The notes under the pieces: generated by a model | Told to the model about the DNA's origin: nothing | The model's input: the letters and a program-made list of their open reading frames with translations, nothing else | Database searches by the model: none | From: Octopus sinensis | Lineage: Eukaryota | Reading direction: 5' to 3' | Length of the DNA: 26,685 nucleotides | NCBI RefSeq assembly: GCF_006345805.1 | Contig: NW_021834781.1 | Coordinates: 1 to 26,685 of the forward strand | Position numbers and translations under genes: made by a program | Shown: positions 20,421-26,685 of the stretch, one piece after another | Layout: each line of letters begins with the position of its first letter | How positions within the stretch are numbered: position 1 is the stretch's first letter

Positions 20421-20454
20421 ATGTATATATATGTATGTGTGTGTATATGCATGT

Positions 20455-20750
20455 ATGTGTAACTACTTACCTAAACATGGGGTGGCTACATTGTTCCAGG
20501 TTCAGTCCCACTGTGTGGTACCCTGAACAAATGTCTTTTATTATAGCCACTAAGCTGCCCATAGCCTTGTGAATCGATTTATTAGACAGAAACTGAAAGA
20601 AACACACACGCAACACAAGTGTTGGTTAGCTTATATCCCTGTAACTTAGTGGTTCAGCAATAGAGATTGACAGAATATGCACCAGTCTAAAAGAAGGAAC
20701 AAATGTTGAGACCAATTTGTTCAATTAAAACCCTTTAAAGTAGTGAAACT
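20455..20750 (+). mobile_element. Family B, old degenerate copy
   Basis: CAGGTTCAGTCCCACTG, GACAGAAACTGAAAGAA and CTTAGTGGTTCAGCAA blocks. Confidence 0.75.
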
Positions 20751-20772
20751 AAGGCTGTAGACCTATTTCCGT

Positions 20773-20824
<52 letters not shown>

Positions 20825-20845
20825 GATTTATATATTTATATATAT

Positions 20846-21075
20846 ATTTCTTTATTGCCCACAAGGGGCTAAACATAGAGGGGACAAACAAGGACAGACA
20901 AAGGGATTAAGTCGTTTACAGCGACCCCAGTGCGTAACTGGTACTTAATTTATCGACCCCGAAAGGATGAAAGGCAAAGTCGACCTCGGCGGAATTTGAA
21001 CTCACAACGTAACGACAGGCGAAATACGGCTATGCATTTCGCCCGGCGTGCTAACGTTTCTGCCAGCTCGCCGCC
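20846..21075 (-). mobile_element. Family C SINE, full length
   Basis: Matches 2494-2722; inserted in a TA microsatellite. Confidence 0.95.
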
Positions 21076-21606
21076 AATATATATTTATATATATATATGT
21101 GACTTATATATATTTATATATATTTATATATATGTGACTTATATATTTATATGTAAATCATATATATACATATATGTCATTTATATATATATATATAATT
21201 ATAATTTTTTTCTTTGATTATTTCTTGTGAGAAACTCTATTGCAAACATCAAGCACTCCCCCTCCGCTCCTTTCACCACTCAACCACCTCTTTCCAATCA
21301 AATGTGATTGAGCAAACCAGTCGGTCCCCAAGAGGAGAACTGATTTAATACCTAAGATCTGAGTTCGGTGTCCGAGATTAACGAAATCTGATCAAGATCA
21401 AGTTAGCAGTTAATTTGATGCGTGCGTGTATGGTTTTTTTTGGGTTTTTTTTGTGTTTTTCTTTGATTATCCAGGTGAGAAACTAATATTGACTGTTCTG
21501 ATTATCATCATTATTATTATTATTATTATTATTATCAAGTTAAATCTCATTGTAGAACTCCTATGCCCACATGGAAATCTGATTTGACAACTGGGTCAAT
21601 ACTTAC

Positions 21607-21707
21607 TAAGCCATTTCCTCTCGATAAACAGGTAGACGGTACCTTGCCTGGTTTGGCCAATTGTAATAGATTTTTTTTAACAATTATATGGGATTTTTTT
21701 TTCTCTC
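21607..21707 (-). CDS. Candidate exon (E1), 101 nt
   Basis: Consensus donor TTA|GTAAGT; acceptor TTCTAATCATGCTTGAATTATGAACCAG. Open as EKKKSHIIVKKNLLQLAKPGKVPSTCLSRGNGL, or as UTR plus ATG at 21614 in another frame. Both frames stay open into E2. Confidence 0.35.
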
Positions 21708-21758
21708 CTGGTTCATAATTCAAGCATGATTAGAAGAAAGTCCTTACGTATTTATTTA

Positions 21759-21761
<3 letters not shown>

Positions 21762-21798
<37 letters not shown>

Positions 21799-21910
21799 CA
21801 TTATTATTATTATTATTAATATTATTATTATTATTTTTTATTATTATTATTAATATTATTATTATTTTTTTTATTATTATTTTTTATTATTATCATTAAT
21901 ATTATTATTA

Positions 21911-21955
<45 letters not shown>

Positions 21956-21965
21956 TTATTATTAT
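21762..21965. repeat. (TTA)n microsatellite between two copies of a ~70-bp duplication
   Basis: Directly visible. Confidence 0.97.
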
Positions 21966-22933
21966 ATTTAGCAATTATATGGAATTTTTTTTTTCTCCTG
22001 GTTCATAATTCAAGCATGATTAGAAGAAGGTCCTTATGTATTTTTTTATTTATTTATTTATGGTTGTCCAATGATTTTCGCGTGGTTAGAACTTTGCCGT
22101 CGTGTCGTGTGCGCTTCCTTGCAGGTTAACTACATCGTTGCTGTTGTCGTAATTGTTGTCGTCATTGTTTTGTTTGAGCTGATCTCTGGAGATATCGATT
22201 GTTGTGTGGGAGTTAATGCAATTTCATTTCGTTTCGTGGAAGTTAATTGTGTGCAGGACGTCAATAATATCTAAAATGCGGATGCTTTAGTGGTATGGCC
22301 TGTGTATGTATGGTGTGTATATGTATATGTGTATATGTATATATATATATATGTGGGGGTAGCGATGCCGTTGTCGTCTGCAATTAGTTTAATAACATAC
22401 ATGTCAGGAATTAATGATAACTATAAAGGAAACATGTAACGCAAGCTGTTGTTTTTATTTTTTTCATCGAGACGCCCCCACCCCCACCCTTCTGACCTTC
22501 CACATGCTTTACTTATTTGTTTATTTTATTTATTTTATTTATTTATTTGTTTATTATTCTTGCATTTGGTCAAGTTTTTTTTTTCTTTTGTTTTTGCTTG
22601 TTTTTTTAATTTTTTTTGTTTCAGTTTTGTTCTTCTTTGCTGGCACCTGTCAGTGTTGTTGTTTGTTGTTGCTTTTGTCATTATACCACCCAATCTCTCC
22701 CCCCACCCTCCTTGCCCCCCCCCCCATCTCTAGTTTAACTCCGGTCTAGTAGATCTGTGAGGTCCAAATACATTCCAGCCATGACTGTCTCCTTCACTCT
22801 TTCTTTGAATTTTATTTATATTGTTTTTTGTTGTTGGTTTTGCTTTCGAGTAGTTAAGACTTCCTTATCCAGTATTATACAAAGAGAGAGAGAGAGTGTG
22901 GTTTGAAGGATATTTGGTTGTTATTTCTTGCAA

Positions 22934-23332
22934 ATACTCTTTTACTTGTTTCAGTCATTTGACTGCGGCCATGCTGGAGCACTGCCTTTAGTTGAGCAAA
23001 TCGACCCCAGGACTTATTCTTTGTAAGCCTAGTACTTATTCTATCGGTCTCTTTTGCCAAACTGCTAAGTTACGGGGATGTAAACACACCAGCAGCAGTT
23101 GTCTAGTGATGTTGGGGGGACAAACACAGACACACAAACATATACACACACATACACATACATATATATATATACATATACATATATACGACGGGCTTCT
23201 TTCAGTATCCTTTTACCAAATCCACTCACAAGGCTTTGGTCGGCCTGAGGCTATAGTAGAAGACACTTGCCCAAGGTACCATGGGGTTGGTGAGCAAGCT
23301 ACTTACCACACAGCCACTCCTGTGCCTATATG
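22934..23332 (-). mobile_element. Family B SINE; further fragments at 23433-23610 and 24014-24125
   Basis: Reverse-complement match to the B consensus with a small deletion in the head. Confidence 0.92.
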
Positions 23333-23677
23333 GTGACCAAATAGAAGTAATACTTGCTGCCTGGTTGTTGTTTGTTTAACCTTCCAAACACCTGCAGATT
23401 ACTCCCATCTAGCAGGTATATGATATATATATCTTTTATCTTTTACTTGCTTCAATCATTAGACTATGGATATGCTGGGGCACCATTTTGAAGGGGTTTT
23501 AGCCAGACAAATCAACCCTAGTATTATTCTATTAGTCTCTTTTGCCAAACTGCTAAGTTACAGGGACATAAACAAACCAATACCAGTTGTCAAGTGGTGT
23601 GAGATAAACACACACACATTTAAATATATATATATATAAATATGCACACACACATATATATACACATATATATTTAC

Positions 23678-23709
<32 letters not shown>

Positions 23710-23799
23710 GTCGGTCCCGGGTTGAGTTGGGGTTAACCACAGTAAATAAGGTACTCAATACATAGCTGAGTAAATTAATTTATTTTATAGAAGTTCTAT

Positions 23800-23841
<42 letters not shown>

Positions 23842-24394
23842 AGGATAAGATCATTAATTTTTAATAAAAAAAATAACGATCTTATCAAGTGGCCAGCATG
23901 GAAATAATAACCTTGAAAAGTAATAATTATTATTAAAAAATTATAACTTAGGGTATCTACAAGATGCAGACTCGTAGATATCCTAAGTTTTATATATATA
24001 TATACATATATACAGAATGAGCTTCTTTCAGTTTCCATCTACCAAATCCATTTATAAGACTTTGGTCAGCAGAAAACACTTGTTGAAGGTGCTGCATAGT
24101 GATACTGAACTTAGAACCATAGTGACACTGAACTTGTCAAAGCCATGGCAATTTTTCAATGCACTCTGGGAAGTGGTTGGCATCTAGGCATAGAATTCAA
24201 GGTTGGAATCAAATTGCATGAGAAAATTCTGGTCCACTAATACATCTGTGTAGACATTAAAACAAAATAAGGGCAAATTTGAACTATGATGATCTGTGCA
24301 ACTCAACCTTGCATTTAAAGTGGACCTAAGATGCAAGATGTATCAGTAAAAGCAAATTTGAACTTGGAGTCTTCAGCACTGTAACAGTATAATG

Positions 24395-24431
<37 letters not shown>

Positions 24432-24433
<2 letters not shown>

Positions 24434-24673
24434 TCATCATCATCGTCTAACGCCCGCTTTCCATGCTAGACGATTTGACTGAGGACTTGCAAGCCAGATG
24501 GCTGCACCAGGCTCCAATCTGATTTGGCAGAATTTCTACAGCTGGACGCCCTTCATAATGCCAACCACTCTGAGAGTGTAGTGAGTGCTTTTATGTGTGC
24601 CACCGGCATGAGGGCCAGTCAGGCGGTACTGGCAACTGTCACGCTCAAGTGGTGTCTTTTACATGCCACCTGC
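24432..24673 (-). mobile_element. Family A copy
   Basis: (CAT)n start, conserved block, one tandem unit; half of the terminal palindrome is deleted. Confidence 0.9.
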
Positions 24674-24679
24674 AATATA

Positions 24680-24716
<37 letters not shown>

Positions 24717-24904
24717 GTCTGTGTTGATTCTCCAGAAGTGGTAAATTGCAGGATTCAGTACAAGTCTATTCTTTAAAATATTATAACTGAAAGCGTCTGC
24801 TTTTCCTTTAAGTACTCAGTGTGCGCATATTTTATGCAGCATGAAATTATATATACATATGTCTATCTATCTTTGCATGCATATGTGTGTGCATATATAT
24901 ATAT

Positions 24905-25400
24905 CTGGCACCCGTGTCGGTGATACGTAAAAGCACCTTTCGCTCGTGGCCGTTTGCCAGCTCTGTCTGGCCCCCGTGTCGGTGGCACGTAAAAGCACCA
25001 TCCGTACGTGTTCGTTGCCAGCCTCGGCTGGCCCCGTGCCGGTGACACGTAAAAGCACCATCCGTTCGTGGCCGTTTGCCAGCTCTGTCTGGCCCCGGTC
25101 GGTGGCACGTAAAAGCACCATCCGCTCGTGTTCGTTGCCAGCCTCGGCTGGCCCCGTGCCGGTGACATGTAAAAGCACCATCCGTTCGTGCCGTTGGCAG
25201 CTCTGTCTGGCACCTGTGCAGGTGGCACATAAAAAACACCCACTACACTCGCGAAGTGGTTGGCGTTTAGGAAGGGCATCCAGCGTAGAAACACTGCCAA
25301 ATCTGACTGGGCCTGATGAAGCCTTCCGGCTTCACAGACCCCAGTTAAACCGTCCAACCCATGCTAGCATGGAAAACGAACGCTAAATGATGATGATGAT
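24905..25400 (+). mobile_element. Family A copy with five-plus ~60-bp tandem units
   Basis: Alternating unit types, then the conserved block and GAT tail. Confidence 0.95.
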
Positions 25401-25402
25401 AT

Positions 25403-26593
25403 ATCAATAATGAGAGACAAGACGACATCTTTGAACTTGGTAGCCCTTAACTTCATGTTACATATGTTTTTGTATTTGGTAGCACATGAAGTTACACAAT
25501 AAATACAGTCCATATATTCTTCTTTTAAATGCAACATACGTAAAATACATATATATGTAAACACAAATGTTATTTAAAATATACACACACACATACATGT
25601 ACTTACACACATATTAATATAATGATTTCTCGATTCAGCTCCAAGAGAAATATTGCTAGTTAGTTATTGTTTATTCAGAAATGAATCAGAGAGAAAGAAT
25701 CGGTCAATGTTTTGGTTTTGAATTCTTAGTTATTTAATTAAAGTAGACTGATTTTTCAAGAGTACGGTACTATTTAAGTATAGCTAATATATTCGCTATT
25801 AAATTAGTTTCATTTAACTTTATATAGAAATTAATGTTCACTATTTTTTTTTCTGCTGGGATGTTATTGCTTTGGACTTTTGAACTTGATGTTGAATAAT
25901 TAGATAAATAGAATTAATATGGATGTAAAAGATGAGGATTTATTAAAAGCAGACTCTCACTGCCACACGCACACACTCACAGATGCTCATACATATAGAA
26001 ATACTATGTCAAATCAAAACTGACAGCTTAATATTATGCTGTGTCTTGGACACCATTTTCTGTTTTTTTTTTCTCTTCCAATTCTATGAGATAATTGACC
26101 AGTACCTAATTATGAGCTGTGTATGTTTGTGTGGTCATTCATGCAAATATATGGACACGAGGTGTACATATATATACACTTACATATTTTGTATAATTTT
26201 TTTTTGTTGTTGTTGTTGCTTTTTGTAACATATGCAAATATCTCTCTTTCTCTCTGTATATATTTCAAACACACACACACACACTCTCTCTCTCTCTCTC
26301 TCTCCTCTCTGTGACAGACACACATGTGTGTGTACATCTTATAAGAATGGATGTACTTAGCCCTGACAGATTTCAGCTTTTATTGTTAATTACATTAAGT
26401 TCTTTCCATTGCATGATCCTGCACAGTCTGAAGAAGGCTAAAACATATGTAGAGACACATCAATAATGAGAGACAAATAACATCTTTGAACTTGGTAGAC
26501 CTAATTTCATGTTACATATGTTTTTGTATTTGGTAGCACATGAAGTTACACAATAAATACAGTCCATATATTCTTCTTTTAAATGCAACATAC
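25403..26593 (+). repeat. Dispersed ~136-bp direct repeat (25403-25539 and 26459-26593)
   Basis: The last 88 nt are identical; the first ~47 nt carry several differences. Confidence 0.93.
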
Positions 26594-26608
26594 ATACAAT
26601 ATATATAA

Positions 26609-26685
26609 ACCCAGCGGGGTTCATTGAAGGCTAAAAAACAATGCGAAGTGCATTGTGGCCAGCAATTGTAGAAACAGCTGATAGG
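26609..26685 (+). mobile_element. Family D tail type 2 fragment, cut by the window edge
   Basis: CCAGCGGGGTTCATTGAAGGCTAAAAAACAATGCGAAGTGCATTGTG resembles 9478-9530. Confidence 0.7.

Noticed and set aside
24847-25386. ORFs of 104-164 aa with internal repeats, also 918-1503, 5645-6078 and 19431-19910
   Set aside because: They are open frames through family A tandem units, in several frames and on both strands, with no domain-like content.
26428-26452. CTGAAGAAGGCTAAAACATATGTA as a fourth hammerhead
   Set aside because: No G12, almost no helix II and no helix I; GAAGGCTAAAAC also occurs in the family D tail.

Overview
AT-rich eukaryotic non-coding DNA densely packed with short interspersed repeats and (TA)n/(CA)n/(GAT)n/(TTA)n microsatellites. 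There are no prokaryotic features and no long ORFs; nearly every ORF in the supplied track is a by-product of microsatellites or repeats. The repeat landscape resembles my recollection of octopus (coleoid cephalopod) genomes, but this is inference and was not searched. At least seven repeat families recur and are labelled locally. A is a (GAT)n-tailed element with ~60-bp tandem units. B, C, D and E are tRNA-headed SINEs. G is an (AAC)n-tailed element, and there is a TTAA-flanked MITE. There is also a mariner-like MITE, an RTE-LINE 3' end and a Penelope-like remnant. The most interesting signals are: (1) three hammerhead-ribozyme motifs on the minus strand, one with an intact catalytic core and a GUC site (4659-4747); (2) several long near-perfect hairpins in unique sequence (3696-3773, 5599-5680, 15122-15191, 15454-15496); (3) a tentative four-exon minus-strand model encoding a 63-aa peptide ending in the CaaX motif CLLQ; (4) a SINE with five tandem 3' termini inside a single target-site duplication. 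Repeat boundaries were read by eye and may be off by a few bases. Nothing here proves a new biological system; ribozyme activity, hairpin processing and splicing all need testing.
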